A model generated the notes under the pieces. It made no database searches. It saw only the letters and a program-made list of their open reading frames with translations, and was not told where the DNA came from. A DNA stretch of 64,000 nucleotides from Candidatus Magasanikiibacteriota bacterium (lineage in GTDB: Bacteria > Patescibacteriota > Patescibacteriia > Magasanikbacterales > GWA2-37-8). The DNA is taken from positions 12,782 through 76,781 of the forward strand of contig JBAYGI010000003.1 of NCBI GenBank assembly GCA_041666745.1, written 5' to 3'. The position numbers were made by a program, and so were the translations under genes. Positions 44,634 to 53,314 of the stretch are shown in pieces. Within the stretch, counting starts at the first letter, position 1. Every line of letters begins with the position of its first letter.

Positions 44634-46043
44634 TTATTTTCCTTTTAAAAATGGACTCCCGACCGCTATGATATCATAGCCTAAATTTTGTAATTCATCA
44701 AATTGGGTAGCCAACATACGACGACCATCCATTATTAAATATGGAGGTGGACAAACTTGTTTGATCGTATCCCCTGCTTCGCGAAACTTTGACCAATCGG
44801 TCAAAATCATACAAACATCAGTACCAACCAAGGCTTCTTTTTCGGAATTAAAATAACTAATTATTTTATAACGTGAATCTTTTTCGGCATTAAATAAATT
44901 TTTAAACATCGGCGTGGCGGCCGGATCATAAATTTTAATTTCTTTCGCGCCATCGTCAATGAGGTGGTAAACAATATCTATCGCGCCGGAGTTGCGAATG
45001 TCGTTGGTGTTTTGTTTGAACGCGACACCCAAAATGGCGACAGTTTTATCCTGATAATCAAAACCGGCTTGTACTTGAGCGCGTTTGTAAAAATTATCTC
45101 GCTGTTTATTATTAATTAATAATGACTGTTTGATATAAGAAACGTCGGCGCCTTTTTTCTCCAACTGATAAGTCAGTGAAGCGGTGTCTTTGATAAAACA
45201 ACTGCCACCGGCAAAAAAACTACTGTAAAGCCCCCAATCATTTGCTCCGATGCGCGGATCGGTGCCAATAATCTTTTTCAGATTTTCAAAATTCAAATTA
45301 TCAAAACTTTCACTGGTTCTACCCATGACTTCAAAACAGTTGGCCAATTTACTCATCAAATAATAGTTGGCCAACAATTTTCCGGCCGCCGCTTCTTTGG
45401 GGTTGACCTCGATATATTTTATATTTTGTATTCTAATAAATTTTTCATAAATACTACGAATAATTTCAAAATCTTGTACCTGCCAAGCGCCCACAACAAT
45501 TCTATCCGGATATAGAGAATCGTGAATGGCCTTACCTTCAACCAAAAATTCCGGATTGGAAGCGACGCCAAAATTGACCACGCCGCTATCGCGCATCATT
45601 TTTTCCGTATCATCCACCATGTCGATTGGCACGGTGCTTTTATTTATTATCAAAACATATTTTGTTTGCGCGCCACCATTTCTACTTGCCAAACTTTGAG
45701 CTAGTTGTTGGGCCGCTATATTGTAATATGTCAGATCCGATTCACCTGATGACTCGGTTTTTTCCGGAGTGGGCAGACACATGAAAATCGCGTCCACGAT
45801 ATCCAGTTCGTCTTTCACCTGATTGTAATCGGCGGTAAATTTTATTTTTTCTTGGTTTTTTATCAACATGTCCGCCAGCCCTTCTTCAAACAAACAAGAT
45901 TCGATTGTTGAGACATCGTTTGATCCGAGTTTGCTGATTTTGGTCTGATCGATGTCATACAACAAAACATCGTGACCGGAATCGGCCATCACTGCGGCGG
46001 AACATGTGCCGACAAAACCGGCGCCGATGTAGAGGATTTTCAT
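44634..46043 (-). CDS. ugd: UDP-glucose/GDP-mannose 6-dehydrogenase
   Basis: IGAGFVG, CLPTP, INKSTVP, SNPEFL.EG.A, GGSCF.KD, LG.AFK.NTND.R.S, YDP, DGR. Confidence 0.9.
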   Translation of the reverse strand: MKILYIGAGFVGTCSAAVMADSGHDVLLYDIDQTKISKLGSNDVSTIESCLFEEGLADMLIKNQEKIKFTADYNQVKDELDIVDAIFMCLPTPEKTESSGESDLTYYNIAAQQLAQSLASRNGGAQTKYVLIINKSTVPIDMVDDTEKMMRDSGVVNFGVASNPEFLVEGKAIHDSLYPDRIVVGAWQVQDFEIIRSIYEKFIRIQNIKYIEVNPKEAAAGKLLANYYLMSKLANCFEVMGRTSESFDNLNFENLKKIIGTDPRIGANDWGLYSSFFAGGSCFIKDTASLTYQLEKKGADVSYIKQSLLINNKQRDNFYKRAQVQAGFDYQDKTVAILGVAFKQNTNDIRNSGAIDIVYHLIDDGAKEIKIYDPAATPMFKNLFNAEKDSRYKIISYFNSEKEALVGTDVCMILTDWSKFREAGDTIKQVCPPPYLIMDGRRMLATQFDELQNLGYDIIAVGSPFLKGK

Positions 46044-46045
46044 AT

Positions 46046-47137
46046 TTATTTTTTCGTTACTTCGTTATAAATTTTTTGTGTTTCGGATAACATTTTATCA
46101 ACTGAATAATTTTCTATTATTGATAAACGAGCAGAATCTCCAATTTGTTTTCTTAAATCTTTGTTTTTAATTAAATCTTCTAATACAACAGGTAACCGTT
46201 CTGAATTTTTAATTAAGAATCCATTTTTACTATTTATTATTTCATTCAAACCACCGACATCTGAAGCGATCACCGGCAAACCAACACTCATCGCTTCTAA
46301 CACTGACAACGGCAATCCTTCCCATTGGGATAATAAAACAAAAATATCGGATTGACACAATACTCTCAAAACATTTTCTCGTGTTAAACTACCCAACATT
46401 TTCACTTCATTCATCTGATTGTTTTTTATAAAATTTTCCAATTCAGTTTTTAACGGACCGGTGCCAACAATCGAAACTTCTAAATTTATTTTTAAATTAT
46501 CCGGTAAATTTTTTATCGTCTGCAATAACATTAACGGTTGTTTTGGTAACGCTAATCTGCCAACAAAAACTATTTTAATTTTATCGTCAGTCTTATTTAC
46601 TAATTGACAATCGGTTTCTACTCCGTTATAAACCACGTCAAATTTATCTTCTTTGGCAATATGGTATTTTAACGCCAAATCTTTAACAAATTTAGAAACA
46701 CAAATTATTTTAATACAATATTTTGCCGCTAATTTTTCTCCGATAATCGCTAGTTGTTTTTGGATAAAAGGCACGCCAATATTAAAACCCCAACCATGGG
46801 CGGTATAAAGCGTTGGAACTCTATTCTGAACCGCCAATCTACCAAGAAACCCCGCCATCGAGCTGTGACAATGCACAACGTCCGGTTTAAAATCAGATAC
46901 TACAGTTTGTATTTTTTTGATTGAATTTAAAAGATTAAACGGATTAAAACTATTGGAAAAATAATTATTAGCAAAAAATTTTCCACCAATCTTTTTTATT
47001 TCATTTTCCAACCAGCCACTAGGATATGACATCACCACCACTTCGTGGCCTTGAGATATAAAATACCGGCTCAACTGTAAAACATGAGTTTGCGCGCCAC
47101 CTTCTTCGGATTTTGTGATTAGGTATAGGATTTTCAT
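46046..47137 (-). CDS. GT4 glycosyltransferase
   Basis: GGAQ.HV, HCHSS.AG, YTAHGW, FVGRL...K, S.WEGLP.SVLEAM..GLPVIASDVGG. Confidence 0.92.
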   Translation of the reverse strand: MKILYLITKSEEGGAQTHVLQLSRYFISQGHEVVVMSYPSGWLENEIKKIGGKFFANNYFSNSFNPFNLLNSIKKIQTVVSDFKPDVVHCHSSMAGFLGRLAVQNRVPTLYTAHGWGFNIGVPFIQKQLAIIGEKLAAKYCIKIICVSKFVKDLALKYHIAKEDKFDVVYNGVETDCQLVNKTDDKIKIVFVGRLALPKQPLMLLQTIKNLPDNLKINLEVSIVGTGPLKTELENFIKNNQMNEVKMLGSLTRENVLRVLCQSDIFVLLSQWEGLPLSVLEAMSVGLPVIASDVGGLNEIINSKNGFLIKNSERLPVVLEDLIKNKDLRKQIGDSARLSIIENYSVDKMLSETQKIYNEVTKK

Positions 47138-47904
47138 GTTTTTTTGAGAAAAATTTTTACAAAAAACAACCGCACTGATCTGCGCAATAACGCAAAAAAA
47201 TAATTGGGGTAATCATTTTTATACCTGTTTATTATAACTAAATTATCTTCTAACGCATTCACAATTTTGATTCTACTAACATTCTGACCATGCTGGCAAT
47301 AATTTACAAAAATACTTGGAATATTTATCAATCTCCCTAATCGTCCTAATCTTAAAAACAAATCATAATCTTCCCCAACCTGCAAAGACTCGTCATACCC
47401 GCCTGATTTTACAGCTAAATCTTTTTTAAACATTACACTAGAATTTACAAATGGGTTTTTAAATAAAAATTTACTACGAATTTGGCCGTCTGTTGTAGGG
47501 TTCAAAAAACTATTCTTTTTGTTTCCTAATCGATCTACAACCTGATAACCACCACCAACTAAAACAAATTCGCCGCTTTCTAATAAATCAAATTGTTTTT
47601 GTAATTTATTTTTATCCGACCAATAGTCGTCGCTATCTAAAACCGCAATATATTTACCAGATGATAACTGCAGTGCTAAATTACGAGACTTTCCTATTCC
47701 CAAATTAGTGTCATTTTTAAAATATTTAATTCGAGAATCTTTTTGTATGTATTCCGAAACCAAAACTGCGGTATTGTCGATAGAACAATCATCCACAATA
47801 ATTAGCTCCCAATCTTTAAAAGATTGCACCAAAACACTGTCTATTGCTTTAGATAAGAAATCTTCTCGATTATATGTGATAATATTAACACTTACTTTTG
47901 TCAT
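47134..47904 (-). CDS. GT2 glycosyltransferase
   Basis: VSVNI.TYN, IVDDCS.D, N.G...SRN, LDSDD, EDYDL.LR; start 47904 (ATGA overlap). Confidence 0.9.
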   Translation of the reverse strand: MTKVSVNIITYNREDFLSKAIDSVLVQSFKDWELIIVDDCSIDNTAVLVSEYIQKDSRIKYFKNDTNLGIGKSRNLALQLSSGKYIAVLDSDDYWSDKNKLQKQFDLLESGEFVLVGGGYQVVDRLGNKKNSFLNPTTDGQIRSKFLFKNPFVNSSVMFKKDLAVKSGGYDESLQVGEDYDLFLRLGRLGRLINIPSIFVNYCQHGQNVSRIKIVNALEDNLVIINRYKNDYPNYFFALLRRSVRLFFVKIFLKKT

Positions 47905-48752
47905 ATTGTAGTCCATTCAGAAGGCAACAGCTCGCTCGTGTCAATATTGGATACCAACAACCAACGAGACGGCGCTACCACGATCTTCTGTGGATTCTGA
48001 TTTAACCATGCCCCCCACCAACTAAAAGTGCTGTTAGCAATAATCTGATGCTTACACAAACTCATCAACAGTAGTTCTTCGGCGTTGCTCAAAGTCGGCC
48101 TAGAAACAAAAACCATCGGACTGTCAAATTTGAGGTTTTCTCGCGCCCAAGCGATATCGTCGGAAAAAATAAACAACTTAACACTGGAATATTTTTTCTT
48201 AATTTGATCTAAGCCCTGTTGGTAATATTTAATATCACAAAGACCATTCCAATTTTTACAAGAAGAAGAGTAGTCACCTCGCCTAACATGAACAGCAACA
48301 GATTCACCTGACAACTCAATATCGTTTTTTGTCTTTTGCGCATCCTGAGAATAACCATTCTTTAAAACAAAATCATCCAACAACGTCTTCCTAATGGAAT
48401 CGGGGTATTTATAACTTTGAAAATACCCATCGAGATAAACATTGTTTTTCTTTTTTAATAACCCGGAATGAAAATGATAAAAATAGTTTCGATCTAGACG
48501 AGCACGGATCTTGTTAATTATTTTTGAGAAAAAACAAGGCATGACCTGCTCTCTCTCTTGATCCGTCACTTCAACTAAATTTATTTTAAATTTATCAATA
48601 TCCAAAGTTCTTGGAGTTTCACTATTTTTAATATTTTGAAACCATGACAAATCAAATTTTAATTCATCGTTCCAATCCAAAGACAACCGCCGACCAAGGG
48701 CGTATTGAAACATCTGATTGCCTAAGCCAGCTTTAATTTTTACGACAATCAT
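47901..48752 (-). CDS. GT11 alpha-1,2-fucosyltransferase family protein
   Basis: GLGNQMFQYA, GYFQS.KY, VHVRRGDY, FSDD..W, IIANSTFSWWGAWL. Confidence 0.93.
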   Translation of the reverse strand: MIVVKIKAGLGNQMFQYALGRRLSLDWNDELKFDLSWFQNIKNSETPRTLDIDKFKINLVEVTDQEREQVMPCFFSKIINKIRARLDRNYFYHFHSGLLKKKNNVYLDGYFQSYKYPDSIRKTLLDDFVLKNGYSQDAQKTKNDIELSGESVAVHVRRGDYSSSCKNWNGLCDIKYYQQGLDQIKKKYSSVKLFIFSDDIAWARENLKFDSPMVFVSRPTLSNAEELLLMSLCKHQIIANSTFSWWGAWLNQNPQKIVVAPSRWLLVSNIDTSELLPSEWTTI

Positions 48753-48776
48753 AAATTATCTGATACAATATTTAAT

Positions 48777-49757
48777 TTATGAATTATCTTTTTTGTTTTC
48801 TTTTACTTGTTGATCTATCCATCTATATAATTTTTCCATACCAACTTTTAAAGGTTGAGATGGCGCCCAATCAAGCTTTTCCCTAATTAAATTATTGTCA
48901 GAATTTCGGCCACGTACTCCCGTAAATCCTTCAACATGATTAATATTTAATTTTTTACCAGCAATATCCATCACCATATCCGCCAAATCATTTACTGAAA
49001 TCATTTCTTCGGAACCAATATTCATCGGACCAACAAATTCTGAATCCATGAAACGACGAATAGCTTCAAGACATTCATCGATATACAAAAATGAACGGGT
49101 TTGCAGGCCATCACCCCAAACTTCAATAGTACCACCGTCAATGGCTTCAGCAACTTTACGAGAAATGGCCGCGGGAAATTTTTCTTTACCATTATTCCAA
49201 GTACCTTCTGGCCCGAAGATATTATGAAAACGAGCAATCCTGACATTCAGGCCGTAATTACGCGCATACGACAAATACATACGTTCACTAAACAATTTTT
49301 CCCAACCATATTCACTGTCAGGGGCAGCCGGATAAGCAGAAGCTTCAGAACATTTTGGATTATTTGGATCCATTTGATTATACTCAGGATAAATACAAGC
49401 AGAGGATGAATAAAATATCTTCTTGACCCCTACTTTATGGGCTCGATCAACTATATTTAAATTGATGGTGGCGGAGTTATGCATAACATCGGCATCATGT
49501 AATCCAGAAAATATATAACCAGCGCCGCCCATATCAGCGGCTAGCTGATAAACTTCGTCAAATGGCAAATCTAATATTTTTTCAACTACGAGTTGATTCC
49601 TCAAATCCCCAATGACAAATTCGTCAGCGACAGTCGGTGAAAATTCTGGTTTTTTTAAATCTACTCCCCTTACCCAAAAACCCTCTTTCTTTAACTTTTC
49701 TACCAAGTGACTGCCGATAAAACCACCGGCACCACAAACCAAGGCTTTTTTATCCAT
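48777..49757 (-). CDS. GDP-mannose 3,5-epimerase-like SDR
   Basis: GAGGFIGSHL, LAADMGGAGYI, YSSSACIYP, AYPA.PDSEYGWEKL, RFHNIFGP.GTW..GKEK.PAA..RK, GVRGRNSDN. Confidence 0.88.
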   Translation of the reverse strand: MDKKALVCGAGGFIGSHLVEKLKKEGFWVRGVDLKKPEFSPTVADEFVIGDLRNQLVVEKILDLPFDEVYQLAADMGGAGYIFSGLHDADVMHNSATINLNIVDRAHKVGVKKIFYSSSACIYPEYNQMDPNNPKCSEASAYPAAPDSEYGWEKLFSERMYLSYARNYGLNVRIARFHNIFGPEGTWNNGKEKFPAAISRKVAEAIDGGTIEVWGDGLQTRSFLYIDECLEAIRRFMDSEFVGPMNIGSEEMISVNDLADMVMDIAGKKLNINHVEGFTGVRGRNSDNNLIREKLDWAPSQPLKVGMEKLYRWIDQQVKENKKDNS

Positions 49758-49843
49758 ATGATACAAAATAACACTTAATTAGATATATAGATTAACATAT
49801 GCTGACAATGTTGGCAATGAATAATTTGGAGATTAAAAGCACG

Positions 49844-50572
49844 TCAGACGGCAGTCTTAACGAACCAAAAACAACCGCAACCATAGTGTTCTTTATCGGC
49901 CTGTTCCTTGGAGGCTTGACTAATCATAATACCATTATTTTCTGGAATAAGTGTGAATTCTTTTAAGGAAAGTTTTGAAAAATAACCAACTATTTGCTCA
50001 TAAGAATAAATACGGTGGGCGTTGTATTCTATTCTCGGTTGGCCAACAGGAACGACAAAAAATATATTTCCACCCGTGGCCAAAACTCGGCATAACTCAC
50101 CGATAGCTTTCAAGTCAGCTTCCGAGTCTATCTCTTCTCCATAACGACCAAGCCCAACATGCTCTACCACATGCATACAGGACAGACTATTAATACTAGC
50201 GTCTTTAAACGGCAAGTTCAATAAATCTGCTCGCTCGCTAGTCAAATTGGAAAGCGATAACTCTGCCGGACGATAATCATAAAATTTTACCGGAACGAAT
50301 GCGGAAACAATTCCCGAAAAATACAAACTAGAAGAGATGTCAGTGTGAAATGCCGGCTTAGTCTCCGCCAATTTTCTTGCCGCCCATGCTGTGTGATATA
50401 CATAATGTCTATCAAATCCAGTTTTAATAGTTTTGTCAGTAACACAAGGATAAGAATCTTTAAGCGACAACTTAAATCTGGATTTTTTGATTAAAATTTT
50501 AAAACGCCAATAATCACCTAATATAAATGGCGTTAAAATATATCGTGTAGCCTTTTTAATAAGTTTTCTCAT
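49844..50572 (-). CDS. DUF268-like SAM-dependent methyltransferase-fold protein
   Basis: FDRHY.YH..WAAR, H.DI.S, SLSCMHVVEHVGLGRYG, VPVG....YNAHRIY. Confidence 0.8.
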   Translation of the reverse strand: MRKLIKKATRYILTPFILGDYWRFKILIKKSRFKLSLKDSYPCVTDKTIKTGFDRHYVYHTAWAARKLAETKPAFHTDISSSLYFSGIVSAFVPVKFYDYRPAELSLSNLTSERADLLNLPFKDASINSLSCMHVVEHVGLGRYGEEIDSEADLKAIGELCRVLATGGNIFFVVPVGQPRIEYNAHRIYSYEQIVGYFSKLSLKEFTLIPENNGIMISQASKEQADKEHYGCGCFWFVKTAV

Positions 50573-50595
50573 AAATTATAGTAAATGAAAAGTTT

Positions 50596-51642
50596 TTACT
50601 TAAACTTGCGATGTAGAAGTGGAAAATTTTTAATCTTTTTTACAACACTTTTAAACCAAACAAACAGCCGATACCACCACAAATTATTTCGCCACTGTCC
50701 TTTTTTTATTTTTTTTTCATCATATCCAGCCTCCAAGCTAAGACTAAAATATTTTTCATAAATCAACAGTAAATCTTTCGCTTGTTTTTCTAAACTTAAA
50801 TTCTCTACAATATATTGACGGGGAGAAAATCGATTCCAAGTAGTTTCCATAACATCGACGGCAACGCCTAACTGGCCAACCTCTTTTATTTTTACACCGC
50901 ATCGACTATCAAAATATGGAGCACTGGAGGTATTTACAAAATCATTCTCTTCTTTATTAAAAATAGCCATTTCCTTTTTGCTTGCCAACCAATGACCAAT
51001 ATTTTTTATATCCCACACCAACATCGGTATATTACTAGACAATGCTTCTTGTAAGGCTATCCCCTGACTTTCCTGTCGTCCAATCCAAACAATATACTTG
51101 GCCTCTTCCAATAGTTGTTTATAATCAGACTCTATATAATGGTTATAAACAATTTTTTTATATAAAATTTTTCTCTTAGTCAATTCCTGTTCTACGATTT
51201 GTAATTCTTCTGGAAAGCGCTGTTTAAAATAAATTAGCACAATCTTCTTCTCTTTAGCTGACGGAACAAACCCTGAAGTATCAATACCGACAGGCCACAC
51301 CGCAATCGGGCAACGGTTGAAACCAGTTTTTATCCAAAAATCTTTTGCCCAATCAGACGGATGTAGCCAAATTACACGAGATAAATCAACGGTCCGTGGA
51401 ACATGCCTTGGTAAAATAAATAAATTTGGACCGGCCACCACCTTTATCTCTGAAGGAAGATCCTTAACCTTAGTTAAGGCGTAAACATCGTCATGAATCC
51501 ACAAACGCTGACAAGCATCCAATCTTTGATTAATAACATAAGGATACTTTAAAATATCCAAACCCTTAATTAAATTTCTCACCACTTTTTGCGGACCACT
51601 CACACTACTAGATAAATATGATTTAGAAATGATGTTTATCAT
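50596..51642 (-). CDS. GT-B fold glycosyltransferase
   Basis: SGP.KV..NL, GPN.F, WPVGIDT, ESQGIALQEAL..N.P.LVWD. Confidence 0.75.
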   Translation of the reverse strand: MINIISKSYLSSSVSGPQKVVRNLIKGLDILKYPYVINQRLDACQRLWIHDDVYALTKVKDLPSEIKVVAGPNLFILPRHVPRTVDLSRVIWLHPSDWAKDFWIKTGFNRCPIAVWPVGIDTSGFVPSAKEKKIVLIYFKQRFPEELQIVEQELTKRKILYKKIVYNHYIESDYKQLLEEAKYIVWIGRQESQGIALQEALSSNIPMLVWDIKNIGHWLASKKEMAIFNKEENDFVNTSSAPYFDSRCGVKIKEVGQLGVAVDVMETTWNRFSPRQYIVENLSLEKQAKDLLLIYEKYFSLSLEAGYDEKKIKKGQWRNNLWWYRLFVWFKSVVKKIKNFPLLHRKFK

Positions 51643-51659
51643 AACTCCTCATTATATAT

Positions 51660-52460
51660 TTAACCATTATTTATAGACACATATTTTCCTTTGTGAAAAA
51701 CAGATTGTATCTGATACTTTTCTTCAAGTTTTGCATCAACCAACACTATTTTATCCAAAACATTGTGCCTCCTATATACAATATTATTTTCCGCCACATG
51801 TATTGGTTTTCCACCAGAGCTTAGCCCGTTCCCATCTACCCTGAAAATACCAGCACTATTCTTGGCTAACACAAATTTATCGGAAACTTTTGCAGCACGC
51901 ACGCACCAATCAAAATCACCGACTATTTTGAGTTGTTCATCAAATGGACCGACTCGGTTGTATAAATCTTTAGTGAACATAAAAAATGGACCACAGCGCA
52001 TAGATCTGGTAAATTCACGTTTATCATATTTAACCGATCGATCAAACCTAAATTTTACTGGCAATGACCAATTTTTAATATTCAAATACCAGATTATCAA
52101 AAAAGGGAAATAAACTAAATCTACCCCTTGTTTGAAAAGCTCAGCCGCCTCTACAATTGCTTTTGGGTTACGCCTATCATCCACATTCCAGAATCCTACA
52201 GCCTCGCCTTTGGCCAATTCAACCCCTCTATTCCAAGTAGCATAAAGTGTCTCACGAGGAACACTCACAAAATTAAACCATTTTTCTTGTTTAAACAGTT
52301 CACCGAAAGTTTTTTCCGCTTCGGTAGGATCGTTGGCGATAGCGATCAACTCAAAATCAACATTGTGATCAATTAAATATTTTGCTACCTTTACTAATCT
52401 TTTACTAAATTTATCCAAGTAACGATCTGTTCTATATAGTGATGTAACTATGCTAATCAT
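51660..52460 (-). CDS. GT2 glycosyltransferase
   Basis: ETLYA.WN.G, WNVDD.R, CGPFFMF, FDE..K..GDFDW..R. Confidence 0.85.
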   Translation of the reverse strand: MISIVTSLYRTDRYLDKFSKRLVKVAKYLIDHNVDFELIAIANDPTEAEKTFGELFKQEKWFNFVSVPRETLYATWNRGVELAKGEAVGFWNVDDRRNPKAIVEAAELFKQGVDLVYFPFLIIWYLNIKNWSLPVKFRFDRSVKYDKREFTRSMRCGPFFMFTKDLYNRVGPFDEQLKIVGDFDWCVRAAKVSDKFVLAKNSAGIFRVDGNGLSSGGKPIHVAENNIVYRRHNVLDKIVLVDAKLEEKYQIQSVFHKGKYVSINNG

Positions 52461-52465
52461 AATTA

Positions 52466-53302
52466 TTATTTTAATTCACTTAATAATTTTATTTTCTCTT
52501 TTTGATAATTTTTTTCGATACTCTCTAGAGTGATATCATTCTCTAGTTCAAATAATTTAACATATACCATAAACCTAAAAAAGGCATACTCAAGAGCAAC
52601 GATTAGTCCTCTCATACCACATTTATAACTGTATTTATAATACACTACAAAATATCTAAGCATTGCACCTAACATATAGGACAAACTAAATTTATCTCCT
52701 GCTTCAAATTTTTGATGTGCTTCAATTTGTGCATAGCGCCAGTGATTTCCTAAAAATTTATCTAAATTATAAAGACTAAAATGACGAATAGCATTCTCTT
52801 GCTTATCATCCAAATAAACAATCTCAGTTTGTTTGCCCAAATATTTACCCATACCGTGAATGCGGTTATTAGAAAAATCTACCACTTCTTTTCTAAAAAA
52901 ATTAGGATAAAAACATTTGTTCATCAACTTATTTGTAACACCCAAAAGATACGTATAGATTGGAATAAATACATATTTTTTATTATCCTGAAATGATATT
53001 TCTACCATTTTTTCTAATAGCTGCTTGGGAAATATATAATCAGCAAAACCCCAAAGAATCCAATCGTTTGCAGCAATTGATTTAATAAAATCAAAAGTCT
53101 CTTGATTTTCTACATCTAATTTCCCAGTTTTTGGTCTGACAAAATATTTTGCTCCTGATTCTTCTGATATCTTTTTGGTATTATCAGTACTACCATCATC
53201 CAATATTAAAACCTCGCCATAATTTAATAAATTTTCAATTACATATTTTATCCTTTTTTCCTCATTGTAAGTAAAAATGATAAAAGATATTTTTCCTTTC
53301 AT
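52466..53302 (-). CDS. GT2 glycosyltransferase (beta-1,4-glucosyltransferase-like)
   Basis: TYNEE.RI, LDDGSTD.T, DWIL...AD, IH, YA..EA C-terminal pattern. Confidence 0.85.
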   Translation of the reverse strand: MKGKISFIIFTYNEEKRIKYVIENLLNYGEVLILDDGSTDNTKKISEESGAKYFVRPKTGKLDVENQETFDFIKSIAANDWILWGFADYIFPKQLLEKMVEISFQDNKKYVFIPIYTYLLGVTNKLMNKCFYPNFFRKEVVDFSNNRIHGMGKYLGKQTEIVYLDDKQENAIRHFSLYNLDKFLGNHWRYAQIEAHQKFEAGDKFSLSYMLGAMLRYFVVYYKYSYKCGMRGLIVALEYAFFRFMVYVKLFELENDITLESIEKNYQKEKIKLLSELK

Positions 53303-53314
53303 AAAGTTAAAAAA

